Positions 10,494 through 19,652 of a stretch of 64,000 bases of DNA are shown one piece after another. How positions within the stretch are numbered: the stretch's first letter is position 1; each line of letters begins with the position of its first letter. The DNA is taken from assembly GCA_963663035.1 (NCBI GenBank), contig OY760074.1, positions 3,264,001-3,328,000 on the forward strand. Reading direction: 5' to 3'. Both the position numbers and the translations under genes were made by a program. This DNA is from Acidobacteriota bacterium. Its GTDB lineage: Bacteria > Acidobacteriota > UBA6911 > RPQK01 > JADFOI01. The notes beneath the pieces were generated by a model. The model was not told the DNA's origin. It saw only the letters and a list, made by a program, of their open reading frames with translations, and did not search any database.

Positions 10494-10946
10494 ATGCGCA
10501 TTTCCGTTGGGGCTGATCATGCAGGGTTTCCCTTGAAGGACCTAGTTCTTGAGTTGCTCGAAAAGGAGGGACATTCGGTTGTGGATCTTGGGACGCACAG
10601 CACCCAGTCGGTGGATTACCCGGACTATGCACAGGCCGTGGGCGAGTCAGTGGTCAAGGGAGAGACCCAGCTTGGAATTCTTCTCTGTGGTAGTGGTGTG
10701 GGGACTAGCATTGCGGCCAACAAGGTGCCGGGTATTCGGGCTGCCCTCTGTCACGATGTGTTCTCTGCCCGCCAGAGCCGTGAGGATGATGACGCCAATG
10801 TTCTCTGTCTGGGCCCCCGGGTGATCGGCCCGGCGCTGGCCGAGGATTTGATTCTTGCTTTTCTGGCAGCTCGTTTTTCCAAGGCTGAACGGCATGTGCG
10901 CCGGCTGGAGAAGGTTGCAGAATTGGAGAAACGACCCAAGGGGTGA
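10494..10946 (+). CDS. rpiB: Ribose-5-phosphate isomerase B
   Basis: GADHAG, VDYPD, CGSGVG, ANKVPGIRAA, RHVRRL. Confidence 0.95.
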   Translation: MRISVGADHAGFPLKDLVLELLEKEGHSVVDLGTHSTQSVDYPDYAQAVGESVVKGETQLGILLCGSGVGTSIAANKVPGIRAALCHDVFSARQSREDDDANVLCLGPRVIGPALAEDLILAFLAARFSKAERHVRRLEKVAELEKRPKG

Positions 10947-10975
10947 GGGTCTTCGGTTGCTAGTCAAGAGAAGCC

Positions 10976-11728
10976 ATGAGCTATCAGGGTAAAGAGTTAG
11001 AGGTCTGTCGTGACGCTGAGGACCTGTACCAGAAGGCAGCCGAGCGGTTTGTTCGGCTCGCTGGAGAGGCCGTCTCAGCCACCGGTAGATTCACGGTGGC
11101 GCTCTCAGGAGGCACCACTCCACAGGCACTTTATTCCCTGTTGGCCAGCGACCAGTTTCAACCGTTGATGGCATGGTCAAAGATACACCTCTTCTTCGGC
11201 GATGAGCGTTGCGTGCCTCCCGATCATCCCGACAGCACTTTTGGCATGGTACGAGTGTCTCTGCTGGCTCCGGTTCCTATCCCCTGGGAGAACGTTTACC
11301 CGATTCAGACCGAGAAAGGGGATGCCCCGAGCGTGGCCGCTGAGTATGAGAAGACGCTAAAAGGCTTCTTTGGTCTGAGTGAGGGCCAAAAACCTCGCTT
11401 TGATCTGATCTTGCTGGGCATGGGAACGGATGGACATACGGCTTCTCTTTTTCCAGGGACCACCGCTCTCGAGAAAACTGCGGGGCTGGTTACCGCAACT
11501 TACGTGCAGAGGTTGCAATCCCATCGCATCTCACTCACCGCTTCCGCCATTAACCAGGCAGCCAATATCATCTTCTTGATCTCAGGACAGTCCAAGGCCT
11601 CAGTTTTGAAAGAGGTGCTTGAGGGTCAGGACCAGCCGATGCGCTTGCCCGCGCAGCGCATTGCGCCAGTGGAAGGCAAGCTCCTTTTCATGGTAGATCA
11701 GGCTGCCGGAAGCAAACTGGAGAACTAG
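10976..11728 (+). CDS. pgl: 6-phosphogluconolactonase
   Basis: ALSGGTTP, GDERCVPPDHPDS, LLGMGTDGHTASLFP. Confidence 0.93.
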   Translation: MSYQGKELEVCRDAEDLYQKAAERFVRLAGEAVSATGRFTVALSGGTTPQALYSLLASDQFQPLMAWSKIHLFFGDERCVPPDHPDSTFGMVRVSLLAPVPIPWENVYPIQTEKGDAPSVAAEYEKTLKGFFGLSEGQKPRFDLILLGMGTDGHTASLFPGTTALEKTAGLVTATYVQRLQSHRISLTASAINQAANIIFLISGQSKASVLKEVLEGQDQPMRLPAQRIAPVEGKLLFMVDQAAGSKLEN

Positions 11729-11742
11729 CCGGGAGACGAGAT

Positions 11743-13086
11743 ATGCCTGTCAGTGGCAAGGAGCTGAGCCAACTCAACGACCAGCTGTCGCACCATATGC
11801 AGATCATTCTGAAGTGCACCTTGCCTTCAGAAAAATATGGCCGGCTGTTGCTGGCCTCTCCACCGGAATCAAGATACCCCTACATCTACCCCAGGGACAC
11901 AAGCTGCGCTGTGCAGTTGCTCCGGCGGGTGGCAGGCTCTCCCCTTGGCTATGACATAGGACCTCAGGCCCTCGAGTTGATGAAGTCCACGGCCCACTTC
12001 ATGAAAGACATTGCTTCTGATGGAGGCAAGTGGGGACAGCGTTACAACGCCAAGGGAGAAGATAAGAGCATCTATAAGCAGGAAGATAACGTTGCTCATG
12101 GGATTTCCATTTTGTGTAACTACCTGCTGGCGGCGCGAAGATTGCAAAAAGAGATCGATGACCTGGAAGGCTTTCTGAGTTGTATCGACAATGCTCTGAG
12201 ATACAGTCTTGAGAATCTTTACCAGAAAGAACTGAATCTCTTCCGTTCCACCACTGCCATTCATGAGTCGTTGCTGGAGGAGGGTTACACCTGTTGGGTG
12301 AACTTCTCCTTTCTCTATGCGTATTCCCTGGCTGTTGAGGTCGCCAGTGAGATGGATAAGAAGGGAATCATCTCGAGTACACATCTGAACTTTCGGAAGC
12401 ATTTTCTCCATAGCATCAGTGAACTGTTTATGTCCGGCCACAGGTTTGTCCGCCGCATCAACCCAAATGGATACATGGACATGAGACCTGATTTCACCCT
12501 GCTTTCCCCCTTCTATTACGGTTTCTCGCACTACAAGACTGAGTTGCTCAACAGTGTCCGCTTCCTGGAGAAGCAACTCTGGGATCCGGAGTTGGGTATG
12601 ATTATGCGGTATCTTCCTTTCCACAAAGATTTCGCCACCCATGTCCATGCTGGAAATGGTCCCTGGCTGCAATACACGGCTGTTTTGGCCCAATTTCATT
12701 TCTGGTGTGGAGACACCCAGGAGGGTGACAAACTGCTTCAAATGATTGACCAATATAAGGGCGAAAACGGAGAGCTGCCCGAGCATCTTTCAACCTGCAA
12801 GAGATTTGAAGAGTTCATGGAAAGAGAATGGCAAACCGGGATCGATTTCGAGAAGGAATTTCACAAGCCCATCTTGTCGGACGACTGTCAGTTTGACACC
12901 ATCCTGGAAGAGGCAAACAACATGGCTCGCTCTTATGCGCAGACGGCCCAGCAATGCATGGTCCGGGATGACGCCTACTCTGAAGGGGGCTATATTCAGT
13001 TTGCCGCCCCGCTCATGTGGACACACGTTGAATACGCTCGCGCACTGATGTATCGGGCCAAGGACTGGTGGAAAGTCCCGAGTTAG
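11743..13086 (+). CDS. Glycoside hydrolase family 15-like (alpha/alpha)6 protein
   Basis: YPYIYPRD, WGQRY, QED, GNGPW, GELPEH, PLMWTH resemble glucoamylase/GH15 motifs. Confidence 0.65.
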   Translation: MPVSGKELSQLNDQLSHHMQIILKCTLPSEKYGRLLLASPPESRYPYIYPRDTSCAVQLLRRVAGSPLGYDIGPQALELMKSTAHFMKDIASDGGKWGQRYNAKGEDKSIYKQEDNVAHGISILCNYLLAARRLQKEIDDLEGFLSCIDNALRYSLENLYQKELNLFRSTTAIHESLLEEGYTCWVNFSFLYAYSLAVEVASEMDKKGIISSTHLNFRKHFLHSISELFMSGHRFVRRINPNGYMDMRPDFTLLSPFYYGFSHYKTELLNSVRFLEKQLWDPELGMIMRYLPFHKDFATHVHAGNGPWLQYTAVLAQFHFWCGDTQEGDKLLQMIDQYKGENGELPEHLSTCKRFEEFMEREWQTGIDFEKEFHKPILSDDCQFDTILEEANNMARSYAQTAQQCMVRDDAYSEGGYIQFAAPLMWTHVEYARALMYRAKDWWKVPS

Positions 13087-13484
13087 GGCGGGTGTCCAGG
13101 AAGGCCAAGCTCGTCGTTCTCCGCGCCCTTCGATCCTCGACGTAACGTAGTACTCACTTTCATAAATACGATAACGTTTGTTGGGAGCGCGACGGAGCCC
13201 AGATCGAGGCGCGACGACGAGTCGATGTCGAGACATCGGCGAGGAGAAGCAACAAAGAGATGGGTCCGTCGCGCCCCAACCCTTCGGGCGGACGGGGGTT
13301 GCGAGCGATCTCTTTGTCTCTCGTCGTCGTCGATGTCCCTGACATCGCCTCCTCCTCCCTTCGCGACCTCGCCTCGCAAGCCCCATCCGTAAACATTACC
13401 GTATTTATGAAAGGGAGTACGTAGACTACGTCTGCGGTCGAAGGGCTTGTGCGGTCTCGATCTTGACCTACCTGAACACCCGCC
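13087..13484. repeat. Outer palindromic element (family B) interrupted by a nested element
   Basis: Left arm GGCGGGTGTCCAGG..CCCTTCGA..GACGTA pairs with right arm TACGTC..TCGAAGGG..CCTGAACACCCGCC. Confidence 0.75.
13150..13420. mobile_element. MITE-like element (family C) with ~30 bp terminal IR and GTA direct repeat
   Basis: GTACTCACTTTCATAAATACGATAACGTTT / AAACATTACCGTATTTATGAAAGGGAGTAC. GTA at 13147-13149 and 13421-13423. Internally palindromic. Confidence 0.8.
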
Positions 13485-13540
13485 AACAACTCACCTGTCC
13501 GCGGCCTCGCTACATTCGTTATAATGGTTTCAGAGAAGTA

Positions 13541-14626
13541 ATGACCTTCCCCAGAGAAACCCAAGCCCGTATTATGCATAAATTCTCTACTGCAGCGACG
13601 AAATCATCCGCCCTGCCCATGTTGCGCGACCCGCAAGCGGGTACCCCTCAGCTCCTCAACGTACTCAAGAGTACGTTTGCGGGGGCCGACCCGTGGCGGG
13701 TACCCCTCGCGCGCCTTGTCAGGTCGGCGCTTTCGTCGCTTCGTGACAAGAACCTATGCATAATCCGGGCTAGCCTCCTCGCCATTGGCCTGTTCTATGT
13801 GACGGTGAGCTTCACCCCGTTGTCCGCCACCGGCCAGGATGAGGGTGCCCTCAGGACAGAGGCTGGGACTTGGCCGTCTCAGAGCTCTCGCCTGGTTCGC
13901 TTTGCCAACGATGCCCTGACAGTGGAAGTAAAAGATGCTCCGCTGGAGGAGGTGCTTCGGGAAGTTGCCCGTCAGAGCGGTCTCAGTATCGTGTGGTATG
14001 GCACAATCTCAGAGAGTATCTCCATAAGCTTTCAGCGGCTCTCCCTGGAGAAGGCCTTGACTCGGATCTTGCGCAATCACAGTTTTGCCCTGGCCTACTC
14101 TCAGGCTCGAGAGGGTCCCTCCAAGGATGCACGACTGAGGGAGCTGTGGATTATCCCCAAAGGAGCAAAAGGCGCTCCGGTCCCATCCACTGTTGTTGTG
14201 TCCAAGACCGAAGAGGACCTTCTCCGGGAAGAAGCCACAGATTTCGCCCTGTTGCGAGCTGCCCTCAGGAGTGACGATTCCTGGGAACGGGAAGATGCAG
14301 TGGAGGCCTTGGCAGAGATAGGACGCCCCGAGGCTGTACAGTTCCTGCGTCCGGCCCTGAGGGACGAGGATGAGGATGTGCGGGAGGCAGCCATTGCCGC
14401 TCTTGCTAACATCGGTGGAGATGAGGCAGCCCTGGCCTTGGCCATCGTCCTGCAAGACGAGGATGAGTGGTTCCGTGAGGAGGCTGTAGAGGCTCTGGGT
14501 GAGATCGGCGGAGAGAGTGCCATTCGGCTTCTGGAGCAAGCCTTGGAAGATGAAAACGAAGACGTCCGCGAGATCGCTGCAGACCTGCTGGAAGAGCTGA
14601 GAGAGAACTCTAGCGAAAGGCCCTAA
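13541..14626 (+). CDS. Exported HEAT-repeat protein with secretin-N/STN-like domain; in-frame MITE inside the signal region
   Basis: VKDAPLEEVLREVARQSG (STN-like) and repeated DED..VREAA..ALGEIGG HEAT units. The frame stays open across the repeat at 13563-13772. Confidence 0.7.
   Translation: MTFPRETQARIMHKFSTAATKSSALPMLRDPQAGTPQLLNVLKSTFAGADPWRVPLARLVRSALSSLRDKNLCIIRASLLAIGLFYVTVSFTPLSATGQDEGALRTEAGTWPSQSSRLVRFANDALTVEVKDAPLEEVLREVARQSGLSIVWYGTISESISISFQRLSLEKALTRILRNHSFALAYSQAREGPSKDARLRELWIIPKGAKGAPVPSTVVVSKTEEDLLREEATDFALLRAALRSDDSWEREDAVEALAEIGRPEAVQFLRPALRDEDEDVREAAIAALANIGGDEAALALAIVLQDEDEWFREEAVEALGEIGGESAIRLLEQALEDENEDVREIAADLLEELRENSSERP
13563..13772. mobile_element. MITE-like repeat, family A copy 3 (intragenic, 210 nt)
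   Basis: AAGCCCGTATTATGCATA...TATGCATAATCCGGGCTA. Confidence 0.85.
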
Positions 14627-16248
14627 TCAATCATTTCCAATAAAAGACGCGAATCATTCTCGCGGGGATAGTCCAAACCCAGAAGTATGGCAAGGGTGGG
14701 GGCAATATCCTCAGGCCCGCAGGGGTCTGGATAGGATCCGGGCTCAATTCCCGGACCCATGAAGAGGATGGGAACGTGCCGGTCGTAATCGTATGGGGTG
14801 CCGTGACCGGTTCCTCCGACATAAGAATCGAGGTAAAGGAATTTTTTAACCAGGACCATCAGGTGAGGGCTTCTCGGTTGGAAAAAGGAATTCCGGAACA
14901 GCTCGATGTAGGGATCGCTTGAAGGTTCGTTACTCAAGAGCTGGGCATGAGTGTAGACGGCCTCCACCAGACCCGTCGAGAGAAGCGCACTGATGATCGT
15001 AGTCTCCACCTCCGTGCGATCCAGCCGGTGTCTTTGAAGCACCTCCTCGTCAAGATAGATATCCCTGGAAGAATCAGCGATCAAGTTCTCTACACCCGGA
15101 TATTGATTCTCCAGCGCCTGCTCCACTGCTGCCTCCAAAACCTGGGGATGGGCTCGTCGGGCCTCGATGCCCTTGCCTTGTAGAGTTTCCACCAGAGGGA
15201 GAACCCCGTGATCTGCTGTCAGGACCACCAGAGTCTTGTCCAGACCAACGCTGGCTTCAATCTCCTGAAACAGGCTCTCCAGAATGAGGTCCAGTCGGAG
15301 AAGCTGATCCATCATCTCCTGGCTCGCAGGTCCATAGGTGTGGCCCACAATGTCGGTTGAGGAAAATCCGATGGCCAGAATATCAGTCGAGGTGTCCACA
15401 CCGAGTTGGTGGGCTCTCATTGCCTGAAGCGCCACCGACAGTGTCAGTTCGTCGGCAAAGGGTGTGCGCCCCAGATCGTCATAGAATCCCCTTTCGGGAG
15501 GAGTTCCGCGGATGGAATGGGGAAAAACGGTATCCTTGCGGTCCCACTCCCCCTCGATTGCGTCGGGTCCCGCATATCTCTCATACAGGTTCTCCTCCAG
15601 CAGGCGGGTCCACTTCTGACCCGCATAGCGGTCCGCCAAACGCTGTTTGTTCCATTCTTCCAGCCAGGCGGGAGCTTTGTTCATATAGTAAGTACTGGTG
15701 ATGAAGTTGCCCCCCGAGGCTTCGTACCAGTAGGCGGCATCCCCTCGATGCCCGGCCATGAGGATAGCTGAACGATCCTTAAAAGCCACAGCGACCACGC
15801 GGGACTCCGGACTCTTCTGCTTCAGCACATCGCCCACTGTGAAACCTAAAAAGTTGACCGGAGAGGCCTTCCGCCCCTCGCCCCCAAGCGGTGACTGCAC
15901 GGGATCTTCCACCACGTTGATCGTTCTCTTTAGGAACGGATCGTACCAGGCGTCGGCAACAATTCCCGAGTGGCTGGGATGACGGCCCGAAAGGATCACC
16001 GAATGACCGGGACCTGTTGCGGTCATGGCATGCCGAAAATGGGCGTTAGGGAAGACCGCAGCCTGCTCCTGCAGAGTGCGAAAACCTCCTTTGAAGAGAT
16101 CACCGAAGCGCGTCAAGTAATCAAAGCGCATCTGGTCGATGGAGAGGACCAGGATCAGCTTGGGCTGGGCGGCACTCTGCTCCTGCCCCAGCGATGGCAA
16201 AAGGATCATCGCTGTCAACACTACAGCTGCCAGCCCGAATCTCTTCAT
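14623..16248 (-). CDS. Alkaline phosphatase family protein (PafA/NPP-like, Thr nucleophile), secreted
   Basis: SIDQMR, TATGPGH, KDRSAI, DIVGH, TADHG, HGTPYDYDRHVP. Signal peptide MKRFGLAAVV. Confidence 0.88.
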   Translation of the reverse strand: MKRFGLAAVVLTAMILLPSLGQEQSAAQPKLILVLSIDQMRFDYLTRFGDLFKGGFRTLQEQAAVFPNAHFRHAMTATGPGHSVILSGRHPSHSGIVADAWYDPFLKRTINVVEDPVQSPLGGEGRKASPVNFLGFTVGDVLKQKSPESRVVAVAFKDRSAILMAGHRGDAAYWYEASGGNFITSTYYMNKAPAWLEEWNKQRLADRYAGQKWTRLLEENLYERYAGPDAIEGEWDRKDTVFPHSIRGTPPERGFYDDLGRTPFADELTLSVALQAMRAHQLGVDTSTDILAIGFSSTDIVGHTYGPASQEMMDQLLRLDLILESLFQEIEASVGLDKTLVVLTADHGVLPLVETLQGKGIEARRAHPQVLEAAVEQALENQYPGVENLIADSSRDIYLDEEVLQRHRLDRTEVETTIISALLSTGLVEAVYTHAQLLSNEPSSDPYIELFRNSFFQPRSPHLMVLVKKFLYLDSYVGGTGHGTPYDYDRHVPILFMGPGIEPGSYPDPCGPEDIAPTLAILLGLDYPRENDSRLLLEMID

Positions 16249-16372
16249 GAACCAATAGGATCTCATAAAATGTGGGGACAGCCCACATTTTCCGCCCCAG
16301 CCCTTGCCTGAGGATGAGTTGTTTATCATAATAGGTTCCAATAATATGCTGCCCCGTTCAGACTATTACAGA

Positions 16373-16972
16373 ATGCCGGCCAATCCCTGGATTAGCTTCA
16401 AGTACTGTGACCTCACGAAGCTGATCAAGCTGCGCGTGAGCCCGAGCATCAGAAAGCGCTACAAGAACTTCGACGGCGCCATAGCCCTGGGAGAGATGGC
16501 TCCTGAAATCGACCTCAAGGGCGATAACGGTGAGGGGTTCCGCCTTTCTGACAGAATTGGCAAGAAGAACGTGGTTCTGGTCTTTGGCGCCATAACCTGA
16601 CCGCCCTATCGCGGGCAGGTGTCCGCCATAGAGGAGGTGGCCAGGAAATACCATGATGCCGAGATCTGGCACCTGTATGTCCGGGAGCCGCATGCCCAGG
16701 AACGCGGATTCAAGAAGTATTTCAAGCACAAGGACTACCAGGATCGGGTTGCCTATGCTCAGGAATTGCGCGAGGTCATGAACATCAAAAGCCCCATTGT
16801 GCTGGACGGCATGGATGAGAAAATTCATCTCCAGTACGGGAACATGCCCAATGCTGTCTATGTCGTCGACAAGGAGGGGAAGGTCGTCTACAAGGCCAAC
16901 TGGACTGACTCAGCTGTGGTGGACCAGGTCCTGGCTGAGTTACAGGCTGAGGAAGCCAGTCCGGGGCTCTAG
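16373..16972 (+). CDS. Iodothyronine deiodinase-like / peroxiredoxin-fold selenoprotein (UGA=Sec at 16598-16600)
   Basis: Two track ORFs are in the same frame and join as VLVFGAIT-U-PPYRGQ...YVREPH, matching the deiodinase FGSxTUPPF / YIxEAH motifs. Start could be 16346. Confidence 0.85.
16606..16631 (+). promoter_or_regulatory. Putative bacterial SECIS hairpin
   Basis: CTAT-C-GCGGGC-AGGT-GTCCGC-C-ATAG. The G-containing loop starts 17 nt after UGA and resembles the E. coli fdhF GCAGGU loop. Confidence 0.7.
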
Positions 16973-17172
16973 CCCGGATTATGCATAGGTTCTCGTCATG
17001 AAGCGGCGAAAGCGCCGGAAAACAGAGCCGCGGGCTTTAGCCCACGGGCCCGCAGGCTAAAGCCTGCGGGCCCGACTGGCGCGCGAGGGGTACCCCGCTT
17101 GCGGGTCGCGCAACGCTGGCAGGGCGGATGATTTCGCCGATGCAGTAGAGAATTTATGCATAATCCGGGCTT
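16970..17172. mobile_element. MITE-like repeat, family A copy 4 (with internal REP-like doublet)
   Basis: TAGCCCGGATTATGCATA...TATGCATAATCCGGGCTT with internal GGGCTTTAGCCC and GCAGGCTAAAGCCTGC. Its TAG is the upstream gene's stop codon. Confidence 0.85.
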
Positions 17173-17203
17173 AAACCTGGAACTTATAGAGAGGGAGGAA
17201 CTT

Positions 17204-17650
17204 ATGAAAAAAGGATTTCTGTTATTGATGGTTCTACCGCTTGGACTCACTTTCTGTGGTTCCGGCGAGCAGCAGGTGGCCAGCGCCGAGCAGCAGGCCG
17301 TCGTCACTTCATTTCAGTCCTACGTCGCTTCTCAGGTAGCTCTGGCTGGCGACAATTTTAGTGCAGCCGGGACTGCTCTTGCAGAGTTGGCCACGGAGAG
17401 CACCGGTGATCTGAAAGTGCTGGCTGAGGAGGCTGCCCAAGCCGAGGATATCGAAAGTATGCGCACGGCCTTTATACCCCTTTCCGAGGAGGTTGCGAAG
17501 CTGGACCTCCCTGAAGGATTAGTGGTGGCCTTTTGTCCCATGGCCAATAACAGCCAGGGTGCAAACTGGGTTCAAGCAGACGGAGCCATCAATAATCCCT
17601 ACTTTGGATCTGCCATGCTGGACTGTGGCGAGATCGTGCAAGAGAACTAG
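17204..17650 (+). CDS. DUF3347-like metal-binding lipoprotein
   Basis: GGAGG RBS, lipobox-like LTFCG, and FCPMA...W......NPYFGSAMLDCG motif. Confidence 0.75.
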   Translation: MKKGFLLLMVLPLGLTFCGSGEQQVASAEQQAVVTSFQSYVASQVALAGDNFSAAGTALAELATESTGDLKVLAEEAAQAEDIESMRTAFIPLSEEVAKLDLPEGLVVAFCPMANNSQGANWVQADGAINNPYFGSAMLDCGEIVQEN

Positions 17651-18306
17651 ATTCTGGATCCCCGGCCCGATTGTAGTTGGCCGAGTTGGCTGAAAAGCAA
17701 GTAAAAACCCCAGAGCAGGGAGAGAGCAACCACAGCGATTCCAGAGTAGTGAGCCAGCTCTGCCAGGAAGTGATCGTATTCGAGCCATCCGAGTTGGGTC
17801 AGTAGGTTGTTCCAGTCATGATAGCCGGGCCGATCCCGGCCGGTCACTCCCCCCAGCAGCATCAGCTCTTGGGCACGAGCGTCGTTGATGTAAGGTGCAA
17901 GCTCAATCAGACTTTGCCCTGTCCACCACAGCGTCACCGATGCCGCAAAAGTGTCCAGGTGGCGGGTCAGGAATGCCACCGTGCAGATTAATGGCACCAG
18001 TACCTGAAGAAGTGATCCACCCAGAATTGTCATGAAGCGGCCCAGTGGCAGGAATACCACGTGCCCAGCTTCGTGAAAGACAAGATTGACCCTGGACAGG
18101 ATGAAATGGGGGAGAGAGGGCAACATCTGGGAACGTTCGATACTCAACGTCATGAAGGTCCAGCCCATCACCAGCAGGGCTAGCCAGATAATGCCGCAGG
18201 CCACGATTTGGCCTCCGTTGGATTTTTCAGGCAGCGTGAGAGCACGCTGAACAACTCGGACCAGCGGACCCCCGGAATCAGCTTCCCATTCCTCTCTTCC
18301 CTCCAT
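17647..18306 (-). CDS. Membrane protein with HExxH motif (M50-like metallopeptidase fold)
   Basis: LVFHEAGH, GGSLLQ, YINDA, HDWNNLL plus several TM helices. Confidence 0.65.
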   Translation of the reverse strand: MEGREEWEADSGGPLVRVVQRALTLPEKSNGGQIVACGIIWLALLVMGWTFMTLSIERSQMLPSLPHFILSRVNLVFHEAGHVVFLPLGRFMTILGGSLLQVLVPLICTVAFLTRHLDTFAASVTLWWTGQSLIELAPYINDARAQELMLLGGVTGRDRPGYHDWNNLLTQLGWLEYDHFLAELAHYSGIAVVALSLLWGFYLLFSQLGQLQSGRGSRI

Positions 18307-18410
18307 ACTTCCATCCTACCAGGTGCCCAGCCCTTTCTGAGGGATCGGTCGGAGAAGTAACGGGGTCAGGAAAGATAGAGAGGAAACGAAAGGTTGCAAG
18401 GCCGATCTTT

Positions 18411-19232
18411 TCAGTTTCCTGAACTTGCAGGCTGCTTCAGGGCCCTGTTCAGGAATGCAACAGTCTTGATCCAGGCATCCTCTGTCTTTTCAGCATCGTG
18501 CCCTGGGTTGGATGGGTTGGCAAAGGCATGGCCAACACCTTCATAGAGGTAGATCTCGTTTTCAATTCCCAGCTGATTTAAGGCTTGCTCAAACTCCTGG
18601 ACTGACTCCACAGAGATGACCGCGTCCTGGTCGGCAAAGACTCCCAGGACCGGCCACTGAATACTGGAAAGCTGTTCCGGATCAGTCTCCAAAGCTCCAT
18701 AATAAATAACCGTGGCCGCCAAGCTCTCATTGAGTGAGAGCTGCATGGACATGCCTCCCCCAAAGCACCAGCCCATGGAGGCGACGGCCTCTGCCATGAC
18801 GAAGTCCGCTTCCCTCAGAAAGGAGACGGCACTTTTCATATGCTCGACCGCCTCACCTGTATTTTGCCTGACCTCAGAAGCAAATTCCCCTGCCTCTTCG
18901 GACGTCGAGGCGACTCTGCCGTCATATAAATCAACAGCCAAAACGACATAGTCCTCCTCAGCCAGGGCATGAGCCATCTCCTGGATATTGTCGTTGACTC
19001 CCCACCACTCGTGGATCATGACTACGGCCGGGAGTTTGCCCTCTACCGCAGGCCTCACTAAATAGCCTCTCTGGTCGTCACCAAAGGTCACCCACTCGCC
19101 ACTCATAATCTCCTCCCGAGTCTCCTGCAAACTTTCCGCTCCCTGCTCTCCGGCCGATTCCGAGCCGGAAGGAACCTCACTTTGGCAGGCAGATAGAATC
19201 AATATCATGGATAGAAAAAAAACGTTTTTCAT
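18411..19232 (-). CDS. Dienelactone hydrolase family lipoprotein
   Basis: LSAC lipobox, HEWWG, GWCFGG, GHAFAN. Confidence 0.88.
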   Translation of the reverse strand: MKNVFFLSMILILSACQSEVPSGSESAGEQGAESLQETREEIMSGEWVTFGDDQRGYLVRPAVEGKLPAVVMIHEWWGVNDNIQEMAHALAEEDYVVLAVDLYDGRVASTSEEAGEFASEVRQNTGEAVEHMKSAVSFLREADFVMAEAVASMGWCFGGGMSMQLSLNESLAATVIYYGALETDPEQLSSIQWPVLGVFADQDAVISVESVQEFEQALNQLGIENEIYLYEGVGHAFANPSNPGHDAEKTEDAWIKTVAFLNRALKQPASSGN

Positions 19233-19285
19233 TTAGGTGCCTCTTTTCTCCTGATCCTGGGGGATGTAATCTGGAGCAGAATAAC

Positions 19286-19612
19286 ATGTTCTGTCCTGAA
19301 TGTAGTGCCGAATATCGAGAAGGCATTCTAGAGTGTTCGGATTGCCAGACTGCACTGGTCCCGGAACTTCCACCCGAACCGCAGCTAGAGCCCACGCCAG
19401 AGCTGGAACTGGTCACCGTGCTGGCCACTGGCAATCCAGCCCGGATTGCGGTCGCAAAATCGCTTCTGGAGGACTCCGGGATCGAATACCTGACCAAGGA
19501 TGAGGGGTTCCATGACCTCTTCCCTGTATCGAGATTCAGGATTAAGATCCAGGTCAGGCAAGAGGATAAGGAAGAAGCTGGAGAACTGCTGGCAGATTTA
19601 GTGGAAGAGTGA
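19286..19612 (+). CDS. Zinc-ribbon + DUF2007-like protein
   Basis: CPEC..EYREG..CSDC, then AKSLLEDSGI. Confidence 0.7.
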   Translation: MFCPECSAEYREGILECSDCQTALVPELPPEPQLEPTPELELVTVLATGNPARIAVAKSLLEDSGIEYLTKDEGFHDLFPVSRFRIKIQVRQEDKEEAGELLADLVEE

Positions 19613-19652
19613 TCACCGGGGTTTTTCCAACCAAGCTGAGCCTCCCCAGCTC

